64,000 nt of DNA. Origin: Hydrolagus affinis (taxonomy: Eukaryota). Position numbers and translations under genes: made by a program. The DNA is taken from the NCBI GenBank assembly GCA_012026655.1, contig JAAILG010000144.1, positions 62,001-126,000 of the forward strand, written 5' to 3'. Shown here in pieces: positions 25,362-38,852 of the stretch. A model generated the notes under the pieces. The model had not been told where the DNA came from. It made no database searches and worked only from the letters and a program-made list of their open reading frames with translations. Within the stretch, counting starts at the first letter, position 1. Every line of letters starts with the position of its first letter.

Positions 25362-28300
25362 TTACATGGTTAGGCAAGCGCTACTCTCAGGCTAGCAAAC
25401 CTCCACCAACCGTGCTTGCCCTTAATTAGACTTGCGCTCTGTGATAATCCAGGTCCAGGGAGACCCAGTGCTATCCTTTTCATCTCACTTGCATCAAACA
25501 TCTGCGATGTTATGGTGCCATCAGCCACTCGGGAGCACATCGTCATTACATGCTGTTTTGTTCAGTTGTAAATGCAACAGTTTCCATCAGACTTACAACC
25601 GTTTCAGCATTGCTCTTGAGTGCCTCCACTTGGAGGAACGTTACAGACACAAGTGCGGACATACCTAAAATAGACTGTCAAAATTATGACTTGCACTTCT
25701 CCAGCCTCTTCCCCCTGGGCAGTTGCAGTTTTCAGAGCAGATTAACATTCTTTGGTTTGCTGATGCAGCTCAGGGTGACCACTGAAGGCAGCCTGGACGA
25801 AACGAGAAGCACCGATATGTTTGGACATCCTTAAGTAATGGATAAATGGCTGGAATGAACATTTATTACTTGTTTATGTAGAGGCAGTGGTGGTCAATCT
25901 CTTTAGTTGGCCAACCCAATAAACATTTCTGGGATTGAATATTTCTTGATTTATGGTGCAAATCTAGGCAATTTCTACGAATATTTTGTTGGCTGACCAA
26001 ATTTGTTTGGCAACCGCTGATGGAGAGAATTAAATCGGAATTACATCTGGTCATTAGAGGTGAGCTGCAGTCTTTCATCACAATCGAAAATGGGTTTGCT
26101 CAGTAACAGTGGATCCACATTGACTGTGTTATGGACATTGCTGTTGACACAGGAGGGATGTAATAGCCCATGTCGCTGACCCAATATATAGCAAGCCACA
26201 TTAGAAAAGATCGGGACTTTCATCGACAGAAAACTAAGCACACTTTGTTTTTTTTCCCCCACTGAAAGTATATTTTCGCAGTTGAATACAACAGTTTCTG
26301 ATTTATTGCTTTGTCTCAGTTTACTCTCAGAACATCCAAATTCTCTCCTTGAAATGGAAACTTGATGTAAATCATTTTACGAGGATTACGTGGCATTTGG
26401 GGGGAATTTGTGGTGGCTTAGGCCACACATCTCATGAGAACTGATATATATATTTTAAAAGCCCACCAATATTACAACAGACAGATCCAAGTATCAGGAA
26501 ATCTTTGGAATTCAACCAGTGACCATCTGGACTATAAAGCAAATGTGTTTTGTTGCGACACCCCTGGATTGGATCCAGCTTCTGAGTTTAAAATGTTTAG
26601 AACCAATGCCATTTAGAATAGCAAAAATATTTTTTGGAATCCTACTCTTACCAGGAAGGTGACTAGAGTAACTTTAGATGCACAATATTTAATCGTGGCA
26701 TCAAAGTTTAAAGCTACAGGTTGAGGACACTATATAAGATTAGAATTACAGGAGATTAGTCAAGCAAGTGCTCACCTAATAGCCAGTACTAGGCTTCAAG
26801 GGAATATGGGAGCTGTGAATTGTGAGCCAAAACTCCACTTGCTTGTGCGATGTGTATCAATTATTTGTCCCTCTAGCTCTGCCAGCACAGATTGGCTCAT
26901 CATTCCTTCCTAGGAGTTGCAATAAGGTAAAATAAGTAGCAACAAGAGTGGGCCCCAATTGGCAGCTATCATAATTTGCACCCGTTAAAGAAATTCAGTG
27001 GAAAATAGAACAAGCTAACTTCACGATTGTTGTTTAAAACTTGTTTAATTTGGCTTTGTTTGAAACTCGATAGTTTGGCAGATGTTTTCCTAATTGACGG
27101 TAGTATTATTACGTGACTATATTAGATTGGTTTGACTGGAATCAGGGCTGTTCAGTTCCCAAATTACCTAAACATTTCCTTTACACAATACTTAATACAG
27201 TTTATAAAGTTAATCCACCTGACTGTTGGAGGATTTTCCATTGTAAAGACATCAAAAAAAAATTGCTACTTACAGTTCTGGTAAACCTCACAAGCACTGT
27301 TAAAATGCCTGAACTTCCAAGCCTTAGCACATTTATCATATCGCTCCGTTTTTTATCCTTGTAATAAAAACAGCTGGCCACATACTTCTATTTTCTGCTC
27401 CTAACAATGACTAATGTGAGCCAGAGATTAACAGATCATTTTTATCTGTGCTATAATATGGATACCATTACAATTGACTTTATTAGTGTTTATGTTAATG
27501 CACAAGACTTATTTCTGTAGACGTTAATTTGACTCTGCTTTTAGTCAAAAGAAAATTAATGTTTTTCTTCTCCACAGCATTTCCCTAACCCAAACTGCAA
27601 AGTCACAGTACAGAGAAAGTGTCACACTGTATAGGGTCAGCCATTATTCATAAGTACTTTTATGTCAATATTCCTAAAGCTCTGCTCTTAGTACTAGAGC
27701 TAACTGTAATATCAGAACATATGATAAGCATAGTTGTATTTATCAATGGCTTACGCTAGTCAAACCATTTGTGATAAACAGATGGAGATGGGGGGAGGGG
27801 GAAGAGGAAGTCAGTGCTAAGTAAAAGTGTTGTGATGAATTATTAAGACTTTGCTTCTAACTAAGAGTTAGTTTCAGACTTTGGTAGCACATCAGTTCTC
27901 AGATCATGCATAGAGCACAGAAGCTTGCATATTCCATATTCCATGTTTCCCTTGTTAAATAAAAGTATGTGTCTGTTCCCTAAATCAGAGAGGCTTCATT
28001 GAACGTGAATTCTGTGCGAGGATAAAAGATTTATTTGTAGACAGCTTCAGAGAGTCTCAGTTTGAGAGGCAGAAGAATCGCTGGGATAGATATCAAGAGG
28101 ACCTTGGGATATGTGACCAGTCTGATTTCCTCTTCCTGGGGTCCTAATGGACCTCTTGGCAATTTGGTGTGTTTTTTTTCCCCCCTGAAAGGAATTTAAA
28201 GCCTGGACGCCACATAATGAGCCGAACGCATTTTGTATATTTTTTCTGGAAATAATTCAAAGCTTGTTTAGGCATATTACGTGCTTTCTAGATTCTTGTA

Positions 28301-28763
28301 TGGAATCCAAACCTGTACTTCATACACTTTGTGGGGAGGAAACAGTTTTCAAAACTGCTTTTTAACACTTCCAGGATATTACACTTTACACTTGGGGAGG
28401 GAGGGAGAGAGGTGCAATCACCCATCATATTTACTCAGGCTCAGACACCTCGGCTTTTTTTAAAAAAAATAAGGAAGAAAAAGTCTACTGTAGTACTCCT
28501 CTGCACCTTTGAGAGTTATAGTGCCCTCAGTCACTATAAACTATGTAGAAGAAGGTTTCCTTTGAGTTACTGTAATTCAATTCAGCAGTGTTAAACACGT
28601 AGTTATTTTACCCTAAATCAAACCAGGCTCTGTATTTGTCCCTTATTCAGCTTCCAAATCCTCTTGAACATTATTGGTCTATGTGAATAGAGGTGCAAAT
28701 TATTCAGGTGCAGTTGAAATTCAAGAAGCTGTTGGTGGCCTTCAATTCACTATTCTAACGTAT

Positions 28764-28785
28764 GAGAGAGAGAGAGAGAGAGAGA
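28764..28785. repeat. (GA)n microsatellite
   Basis: Direct read. Confidence 0.9.
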
Positions 28786-29810
28786 CAAAAAGAGAGAACA
28801 TCAGTTACAGGTTTCTTTTCATTAAAACTTCAGTTCAAATGATGAGGTAGTGTAAATACCAAATGGCCCAATCCCTAGAATATGTAATCATTAAGGCGGG
28901 GAGGGCGGGGTGGGGGGGGGTTTCCTCGAGGAAAAATCTAATTCTAATTCCCTGGCTCCCACAATCACAGCATGACCTGCTATTTGAAAACTGATTATTC
29001 AGCCTCCTGCACTAAGGGAGCACTTACTTATGGACCAAGTTTGACTGAAACCCATTCAACCTCAAGGTTACCCACTGTTACAAATTCTCATGGAACATCG
29101 GTCATAGCCTCAAGGAAAATACATTTAACTTCATGAAAATAAACCTATGGAATTTGAATGAGATTGTGCAGCTGTGCACAGCTCAAAACCTTCAATATAG
29201 ATTCACAAATAGCTAAAAATTGCAATGTAGGACCCATATCTCCCCCATTAGTAACTTGGCTGTCTTTCCATTTGATGAATAATTTGCACAATTGATACCC
29301 TCTGTAGCTAACACAGACCAATCAGCGTAAATTAAAATGATAGTATTATTATTTATGGTAACGAACAGCTGTTTCTACTAAACACTCAAAATTGAATAGG
29401 GATTTCTTAGGAATTTGGATAACTTGTCTTTATTTAGCTTCGGTTCCATTCAAAATATTCTGCCGATTATTATATTTTCCTAGTATTTCAGTCTAACTCT
29501 TGTTTAAATCTCCATCCCCGAGATAGGAAACCTACAACCTAAATTGTCTGTAATTAAAGTTGTTGAAACTTTATTTGTGCCACCGTAAATGATAGAATGC
29601 AAAAGAAATGTGCATACAACACAACAACCCTTCTTACTGGTAGCTTATTGAGTCACTTGGAGGAACAAAAACAACAACAAAATTACATTTGTATAGATCC
29701 TTTCACGTCAGGAGGACGCCCTCGGAACAGAAGTTCACTCAAAAAATACATAGTACCATATTCTACAGTACATGCTATGAAGCTCTTTGACATCCTCTCG
29801 ATGAAGTTAC

Positions 29811-30116
29811 AATAATAATAATACTTGCATTTGATACAGCACTTTTCACGTTTTCTAGACATCTCAAAGCACTTTACAGAATATACTATAAAGTGAATTG
29901 ACTTGTATATAGGTAGGTGATATACCAATTGCGCATAGCAGTGTCCCACAAACAGTCATGGATTGAAATGACCAATTTATTATTGATTTTTTTTTGAAGG
30001 ATTACTATTAGGCATGTGGAGTAAGGAAAGTTGCCCAAGGTTTTGCCCTGTCTGGAATTGAACTCAGATTTCCCGCTTGTAAAGCGAGTGCTCTAACCAC
30101 TGAGCTACAGGACACC
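29811..30116 (-). mobile_element. tRNA-derived SINE, full length, short form
   Basis: Tail to head homology. Confidence 0.93.
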
Positions 30117-30984
30117 TATATCAAATGTAGGATATTATTAGGTTAAAATGATCAGATTGTACATGGTTATATATGTAATTTCCAGAAGATCTGTTTGAAC
30201 AAAAACACATTGATGGGCCGTTGATAAAAATCCAGCTATGGAACAAAGTGAGGAGAGTTTGCAGAATACAAGACTTTGAGAAGTTGGGAGCGTTTCCTCT
30301 GTAAATACATGGAATATAGTTTACTGAGTTTATGCTTAAATGGATATTACTCTCCTGTGGTGCTGCAAGCTGTCGATATTTTATAATAACAGCTAGGCAA
30401 TCATCAGTGGGAGGCAGCAATGCTAAAAGCAAAGCAAAATAAGCTATTGGAGTGGAGTAGCCAATGAGCTGACATTGTCCACCACAAAGGGTGTTTTGAA
30501 ATAGTGGAAAATAGTGTCAGTGGTGCAAAGGGAGCTCTCCAGATTTCACTGAGTCAGACACTCTGTGACCTTCTGACTGAAGGGATGTTCTCCTTCAAAG
30601 GGTCATGAGTAAACACGGACTGATGTGGCCTAGACCACATCAGGCATTACAACTCCACCTGAATTATTTGTTGGAAGCATCTGTAAGGTTCGGACACTTG
30701 CCTACGAAGGCTTTAATGTCAAGTCACTATTCACTTGCCAATGTCAGCTCTTGTTTAATCTCAAATTGGCTTAATTCTTTGGCTGCAGCCAGCGGGAAAA
30801 CGCTTTCTGGATTGTGAAGTGATTTTTCATCGTTTCATTTCAACAGCAAACAAAATATCATTTAAGAGCACATTTTAGAGACACCACAGATCCTAAAATG
30901 AAGTGAATCATTGCAAAAATGTTTTTACCAGTTGAAGATAAAAAAAAGAAACACAGAAAATATAATTCTTATTGCCAATATTAG

Positions 30985-31296
30985 TAATAATAATCCTTGC
31001 ATTTGATATAGCGCTTTTTACGTCTTCTAGACGTCTCAAAGCGCTTCACAGAATATACTGTAAAGTGAATTGACTATATTTGTGGGCGAAACACAGCAGC
31101 CAATTGCGCACAGCAAGTAAACCACAAACAATCGTGGATTGAAATGACAAATTTATTGTCTTTTTTTATGACAGATTATTATCAGGTGTGTGTAGTAAGG
31201 AAACTTGCCCAAGGTTTCGCCCTGACCTGCCTGGAATCGAACCCAGGTGTCTCGCTTGTAAGGCGAGTGCTCTAACCACTGTGCTACAGGACTTCC
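30985..31296 (-). mobile_element. tRNA-derived SINE, full length, short form with extra TCAGG
   Basis: Well-preserved copy with intact A and B boxes. Confidence 0.95.
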
Positions 31297-31381
31297 ACAC
31301 ACAGATCTTGCATCTTAAATGATAGAGTAAAGAATTTCATTGAACTAGGGCTCTCCTGCTCCCTTAGAGTTATCATGTCGA

Positions 31382-31972
31382 CATGGTTGAGTTGCTAGAG
31401 CACTCGCCTCGCAAGCGACAAATCTGGGTTTGATTCCCGGCAGGTTGAAATATTTGGCACAAAAACAGAAGTTGCTGGGAAAACTCAGCAGGTCAGGCAG
31501 CATCCATGGAGAAAGGAAAGTGAGTCAAAGTTTCGGGTCCACGACCCTTTGTCAGAACCCGAAACGTGGACCCGAAATGTTGACCCACTTTCCTTTCTCC
31601 ATGGATGCTGCCTGACCTAATGAGTTTTTCCCAGCAATTTCTGACTTTCAGCATCTGGAGTATTTTGTGTTATGAAATATTTGGCAAGTTTCCTTACAAC
31701 ACACACCTCTGTTTACCTAGCTGTGAGTAGGAACCCAGGTGTTAGTCAATTGCTGAATCACTTTTCCGGGGGTAATAATTTTTTCAATAAAAATTATACT
31801 AAATTGGCTCAATTTCACGACTGTTTGTGGGACATTACTGTGCGCAATTGGCTGCCGCACTTTGCCCACAAAATACAGTCAATTCACTTTACAGTATATT
31901 CTATGAATCGCTTTGAGATACCTCGAAGATGTGACAAGTCACTATATCAAATGCTAGGATTATTATTGTTAT
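31382..31972 (+). mobile_element. tRNA-derived SINE, long form, split by an insertion
   Basis: Head 31382-31459; body resumes at 31673 and runs to the (TTA)n tail. Confidence 0.9.
31460..31672. mobile_element. Palindromic Penelope-like (pLTR-derived) insertion with 14-bp TSD and decayed hammerhead ribozyme motif
   Basis: TSD TGAAATATTTGGCA at 31446-31459 and 31673-31686; ~78-bp inverted arms; minus strand CTGACAA-A-GGGTC-GTG-GACCC-GAAAC. Confidence 0.8.
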
Positions 31973-32724
31973 ATTTGGATCCGTTTAAAGGAGTAAAATA
32001 AATATAGGTTCATGTTGGCTGGGAAGTATTTGTTCAAACGTATATAATGGAAAAGGAAGCAAACGTGTGGAATGAAACCAAACAAATGCACACTAACAAT
32101 TGTTGGTTTTGAAGGTCAAATCTTTACAATACAAAAAAGGGCAAACAAAGTCCTTAAAAGTGGCAGCCTGTGATTCTCTCTTCACGTGGGCAGAGAAGAA
32201 CCTTGATTCCTTTCTCTTCCAGAATTAGAAGCGTTCTAAACAAGTCACCGCTCTATAATTAAGGTTTGCAAATGATGAGAGTGGCTGAGCCGACTGCATC
32301 TCGAGTACATTAGAAATGAAAAATATATATCTTTGAACACTAAATCTTAATTGCAGGTTAGCAAATCGCAACAGAAACGTTGTACAGTAAAATTATAAAG
32401 ACACAGAGAAAAATAGATCGGGAGCATTTGGGCTTTGTCCTATCGAGGGAACCAAGTTTACTAAAATGGGTGATTTTACTGTCTCTTCTTCCAGATAAGC
32501 CTCATCTGCTGCAACGTGTTTCCCTACATTAGCTCAGGTTCCAGAAAATAAAGTAAACCCTTGGAAACGTTGTTATACAATGTCTATAATTGTGCTCTGA
32601 GGTATTTTTATTCCTTCCTTCACGACATAATTCACACATATATTTGCCAGATTGTAGTAAACTGTAGGGCTGATTCAAATGGCAAACCAGAGCAATGTGA
32701 AATAAATGCTAGAAGTGTAATGGA

Positions 32725-32915
32725 ACTCTCTCCCTCAACCCCTTCGCCTCACCCAACTCCTTTCCCAATTTCAATTTGTGGCTGAAGACCTTTCTCTTCG
32801 ACGGTGCTTATGGCCACCTTCCCCCTCCCCCGGTCTCGGCCTCCGACCTTGTGGAGCGCTCTGAGACACCGCCCGGCGTGGATGGCGCTATCTAAATACA
32901 AGTTGTGGTTGTTGT
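32725..32915 (+). mobile_element. L2-clade LINE 3' end
   Basis: CTGAAGACCTTTCTCTTCGAC...GAGCGCTCTGAGAC...GGCGCTATCTAAATACAAGTTGTGGTTGTTG; parallels 15150-15518. Confidence 0.82.
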
Positions 32916-33234
32916 AAAGCTGTTTTCAGCCGACAGTAAAGTTACCAGTAGCATTGGTCATGACCGAAGGACTAAGGTGGCATTTCAGAGAAGGAAATAA
33001 ACCAATGGTTCAGTGGCTAATGCACCACATTAAACCATTGAGTACAATTGAGTACAACCGCACCAAGTTTAAACTGCAGCCCTTAAGTCTAACTTCATTC
33101 ATTCATTGTTGTATGGAAGATAACCAGTTGTCATCCAATTGTTATTATTGCCAATTTTCTCTCTTTCTCTGAAATCATTGCCTCTTGCTGATGTCCACAA
33201 CCACTAACTGCACTTTGGTGCCAGGCCAAAGTGA

Positions 33235-33420
33235 CCGTTTCTCATGTGCGAGTTCAGACACTTGGCACGTGGAACAGTAGGGGAAGGCTCGCATCGAAGG
33301 CAAGCCTGATCAGGTCCCCAACTGCTATCTATACATGCACACTTATAGCAGTATGCTGAAAGTGATCTGATCACCTAAACCTGGTGTTTCATCTCTCTAG
33401 CCCAAAGCAGCACCAATGCG
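33235..33420 (+). repeat. Unclassified old interspersed repeat, copy 3
   Basis: AAGCCTGATC...CACACTTATAGCAG...GTGATC...TTTCATCTCTCTAGCCC...CACCAATG. Confidence 0.4.
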
Positions 33421-35245
33421 AGCTAATAGAGCACACAGGCTCCCTTCACACATCAACTGCTGTCTTAGTGCAATTCCAACAGTGACCTGGTCACTCGATT
33501 TAATGAAATGGCACACCTTTGTCGACCACAGGGTTATAACTGAACCATTTTAAAAAGCTGAACTGTGCTGTATTTGAGCCAATTAAGAGATTTCCTTTTG
33601 GAACATTTCCTTGACACAGATTTGAGTTCCTGCCTTCCAGGAGGAAAAGGAATTCTTCCTCAGGACATTTCAGTGCAAAATAATGCATGGAACGTCTCAA
33701 GCAAATTATTGAACAACTGCTTTAAAAGGTACTTGCCCATATCGTGGTTTCCAATATGATATATCCTTTTGAACTGCAACTACCATGTAATGTACTAAAG
33801 GATATAGATGTGCATGCTGAAGATTCCCTAACTGGCTATTTTTTCTTTCCTCTTTGCCACTGAAAGGTACTTTAGGTTATAAAATGGCATAACAGCTGCC
33901 AACCTAAATCTGGCAATAAACGACGTTTGGGTTGAGGGAACAGTGCCTATAAGAGACCCATTATTAATGACATTAATTTAATGCTTTGTTTTCCTATAGA
34001 TGTGTTCTGCGATGTTGGCAGGAATTTGCTTGTTACCACAAGAGACTGAAGGCAGTTGCTCTTCCAGTGATTATAGATTGAGAAGCAGTGCAGTCCAATA
34101 CTGCACTCAAGTGAAAGTCATGACAGTATACAGTTATTATACTCAGTACTAATTAACTGGGTTGCATTTAATACTGTGGATGTTAAAGTCTCCACAGTAC
34201 ATTGAAATATAAAGCCTATTTGTATTTATTTTGGTCTGATGGTGGATTTAAAGTGCTTCACACTTTGCCATTATTGTGTGCTTAGAAAGTGCTAGTCCTT
34301 CAATATTGCGAAAAATATCATCGATTTTGTGTTACTGAGATCACAGTAAAATATATAAGGCCACAATAAGTAGATGAGCGACTAAAAGCCTGCAATTTAC
34401 TTGTGGAGTTTGGATGGCATTGATAAAGTATATGCTTTTTGTTGTCATGTTAAGTTATCATCTTATCACTTAATTAAATTACAGCTTTATTACTCCCTTC
34501 TTTCATTTGTAATATTACATTCAAGAACATAAATGATAGCTCAGGAAAATGATTGCAGGAATCAATGTTTCTATTTGGAAAATAAGTTTTGTTGTGCTAG
34601 TCAGATGGTGGGTTCAATACCTCCTGAGTTACTAGTGCTTAAAAAAAAACCTGCTTGAACAGGAGGGTCTTGAGACCGGCCTTGAAGGAGGCAAGGGAGG
34701 AAGCGAGGCGAATAACATTACAGGATCATTATCCTCTTTGAACAGGTAGAAGAGTAGCACCTCTAGCAATGTAGGGCTCCACGAAGAACTCCACTAAAGT
34801 GACAGCCTAGACTGCGAGCTTCAAAGTCTCAACTCACAATCTTCCAATGCAGAGGTAAGAACGCTACTGACTGGGCTAAAGTGACAACCCATCCAGTGGA
34901 GGAACGAGCACCAGTACAGAAGCGATTAACTTAATTATTTCCTTTTGTGTTGTAACCTAAGGTTTCCTACCATCTGACTTAAAATGGGAAAGACTGACTT
35001 TAAGGGAATGTGTACAGTGTTTGCCTTGGAAACTATTTGGGGAAAAGGATTTTAATCTTAATTGTGAGGCAGCAAGATCAATGCATGGATTGTGATGGCA
35101 ACCAGACAAAAAACAGAAATATAGTTTTTAAGCAGTAGGGAAGAAATAGAGGAAAGCTATGCACAAGAAATTTAAATATAATTTTGATGTCCAATTTTTC
35201 ATTATTTTAATGACATGACATGGATATAATATGTTATAATTATGG

Positions 35246-35433
35246 TAATAATTATAATCCTTGCATTTGATATAGCTTTTTACATGTTATTGATGTCTCA
35301 AAGCGCTTGACAGAATATACTGTAAAGTGAATTGACTGTATATTTGTGGGTGAAACACAGCAGTGTCCCACAAACAGTCGTGGATTATAATAACCAATTT
35401 TTATTATTGTGTTTTTTTGGGGGAAGGATTATT
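35246..35433 (-). mobile_element. 5'-truncated SINE copy
   Basis: 3'-half homology. Confidence 0.9.
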
Positions 35434-35862
35434 TATGGACCCTAGACTCTGGTTTTGAGAAACTGGAAGATTGGCACTCCTAATTGTAACTGTTCCATGT
35501 CTAGAGTGAATTTAGAGTGAATTCAGTGGGTTCATGACTCAGCATTCCTTATAGCTTGCTCCTCTGCTGAAACAGCAGGGGCCCATCTGGGCACTTTGTT
35601 TTTGGAAACGTTTTTGGAAACCATTTGAGGAGAGAAAATAATAATCAGGTACCATTTCTGTCAGAATGAGGCTGTGCCAAAGTGACAATGACAGTGATGC
35701 ATGCGGACACAATTTACACCACAATGTCATATATTTTAACAGGAAGAAACGTCGATAAGAAAACTAGGCAGCACAGAACCTCATTTCTTCTGACCTTGCA
35801 GAAGCAATATACTCGAGTCTTGGGACGTCCTTCCAACATGAAAGGTTCTATACAAATAATTA

Positions 35863-36181
35863 TAATAATAATAATCCTTGCATCTTATATAGCGCTTTTC
35901 ACATCTTCCAGAAGTCTCAAAGCGCTTCACAGAATATACTGTAAAGTGAATTGACTGTATATTTGTGGGCGAAACGCGGCAGCCAATTGCGCACAGCAGT
36001 GTCCCACAAACAGTCGTGGATTGAAATGACCAATTTATTATAGATGTTTTTGGGACGGATTATTATTAGGCATGTGGAGTAAGGAAACTTGTCCAAGGTT
36101 TCTCCCTGACCTGGCTGGATTTGAAATATAGGTCTCACGCTTGTAAAGACGAGTGCTCTAACCACTGAGCTACAGGACTCC
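35863..36181 (-). mobile_element. tRNA-derived SINE, full length, short form with extra TCAGG
   Basis: Well-preserved copy; tail abuts a plus-strand L2-type tail at 35820-35862. Confidence 0.95.
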
Positions 36182-36188
36182 ACAAATA

Positions 36189-36227
36189 TACACACACACA
36201 CACACACACACACACGCGCGCGCACAC
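36189..36227. repeat. (CA)n(CG)n microsatellite
   Basis: Direct read. Confidence 0.9.
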
Positions 36228-36502
36228 AATAAATTCTTGGCCAAGAACAACTTGGGAACTAAAGAAGTAGGAAAACAATGAAAGAGGTTCTAAGGGTGGA
36301 TCGTACCATTTCAGGTAAGTTATTTTAAGTCCCAATACACCGATCTACTGAACTTTCCATGATGCAAGGCATTTTGCACAACATCCTTCATCTGGCTGTT
36401 TCTAGGCTGATCGCTGTCCTAGTTGGCCCTGGCATTTTGATCGAGAAACGTGCCCTTGGTCCTGAAATGTTATTAACAGCAAATGAAAAGTTGCAATCAT
36501 AA

Positions 36503-36672
36503 TAGTAAATAATCATTCCATTTGACACAGTGCCTTATCACATTGTGGAGACGTCTCAAAGCTGTTCACAGAATTGTACGGTGAAGTGTATAGTGACTGC
36601 ATTCACAGGTGAAAACAGCCGGCTACCAATTTGCATCCCGCAACATCCTACATACAGCCATGGAGTAAATGA
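36503..36672 (-). mobile_element. Old SINE 3' fragment
   Basis: CATTTGACACAGTGCCTTATCAC...GACGTCTCAAAG...GTGAAGTGTATAGTGACTG. Confidence 0.7.
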
Positions 36673-38852
36673 CTACTTTTATCTGGTAGGCAACAGCCCA
36701 GAAATCAATACAGAAATGTTTAGGCATAGCTATTAATGTCATTCCTTCCCTTAATTAAAATCTGGAGTGAAGGAATTAAGTAATGATAGGTGTATTACTC
36801 AAGCGTTTTAAACCTAATGAGGAATTTGGTTGACGTTATGTCTGGCAACAGTGGTCATACTGCCCAAAAAAGAATGAGTGGAAAATGTATCACCACCATT
36901 GTTAATACCCCCAGTAACATCAAGTGGAAAATTTAACTCAGCGTCTCACTGCGGGCTGTCAGGCGAACTGGATTTTTTGACCCGATTTTTTTTTTAAAAA
37001 TGATGATAAAAAAATTTACCTCTGAGAAACAAGAGATTTTGCTAAAGGTTGTAGTTAAAATGTGTCATCTACATTTTCCCTTATCAATCATGAGAATAAA
37101 AGCCTTTGCCCAGCTGGCAGCCTCCCATGTGACTGTCTGTTCACAGTGTTCTGTGTTGGACGCAGAAGGACCTGGGGTAACAGCATCAGCTGGAAGGTCA
37201 TGTCTGATTTTAAACAGTCTGCAGCAAGGAAAAGAAATTCCTTCAGGGTGAGACAAACAAGTCTGTCAAATCCATTGCTGGCTCCTAGGATTTCAAAGCG
37301 ATCAAAGCACGGGTAAAGATCTGCACAGCATTCTGTTCAGATCAGATTTATATTTTCTCTAAAGCCTTTAACAATCAAACTGAGAGCGTGCACCAGCGTT
37401 AAGAAATAGTATTGGGACTGGAACTTTCTGGGGGTCAGTACAGAAGCATCAGAGCGATGTCTAAATTTAGCACTGCACAAAAAGCTCTGAACATCTCTGC
37501 GTTTTTGACTCCCCATGTTCAAAAACAATAGTTATCCAGAGCTATTGAATCCTATAATTATTGACCTATGGACCATTGTACCACAGCTCTCTGTCAGTAA
37601 AAGGGTTTATATTTATGTGATAAACAAATCTTACGCAATGTTGAGTCAGTCAATTATAGGCACTGACAGACTCATTTGGGATTTACAGCTGAGATCCTTA
37701 GTCTGAAGTAAATTGCACCCCAAATACATTTATTCTTCTGTAATAAATGTGCAAGTAAAACTGCTAACAGATCTGTCATCTCTGCCAAACAAATTGATCT
37801 TTAATTAGCCCAAGAGCTTTGATATTTCAGTCAATTCAACACAAAGATAGACACGGTCATGTCATAACTGCCACAAAGTCAATCTTGGACGCAAAAAAAC
37901 ACACACCATATCTGCAAGGGATTCTTCCAGATACATCGCATCCGTCATGCAGACATAGATTTATTGACCATCAACCACTTGCATCACTTGTCTTAGACCA
38001 CTCAAAGCCTCGTCACTTTTGGAGGAAATGAAGAATTCTGATAGAATATATCATATATTGAATGATGAAAAGCAGTTTTGCAACATCAGCAATTTTCAAA
38101 TGATGTGCAACAAAAATTAATTGGTCTTCCAACTGAGCATTATTTAGTGTCAGCTGCTGTGAGAGAATTGCTGATGAGCTGATTCCTTAAAGCTCTTTGC
38201 GAGACAAGTCCATGATAATGTAAAAGTGATCATTGTAATATCTGATTCAGCAAGAAACCACTCTACTAGTTATTACGCGAAGCATAGTCCTTGTGAATTC
38301 CCTGGCACAGACCTTTGGAAAACAATAAACAATATCTTACTTTATTGTCTATAATAAGAATAAGAATAATAATTTTGACTATTTTTCTTTTATTGTCTAC
38401 TAAATCATTAACATTTAAAGTTAAGAGGGTTAAAGCCTAACTGTTGCTTAACTGTCATTTAACACTTTCATTCAAACCCCCCCACCAAAATCCCCACAAA
38501 TTTCCCCCCAAAACACCAACTTAATTTCTCGATTGGTTCTATTAAACACGTAGAGCAGTTCTTAGTGATATTACATTACAGTACAAAGCTATACTGTTCC
38601 AAGACAAATTGTAATACAAAGAAATGAGTTTACAGATACAGAACACATAGATTATTTCACAGTCCTGAGTACGAATACAGTATCAGCTATTTCTAAGTTT
38701 ACAAAACCTTAATGGAAAGAAAATGGATTCAGGCAAACTTCAGCCAGATTTACCCCACCTTCAATTGCTTATGTTCCATTCAGAATCTATCAAATACATT
38801 ATGTTGTTGCTGAAGTGGAATTCCATTATTTAAAATCACAACTTTCTCTTAG

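Noticed and set aside
38171-38200. CTGATGA followed by a GAGCT/AGCTC stem
   Set aside because: No GAAA core after the stem
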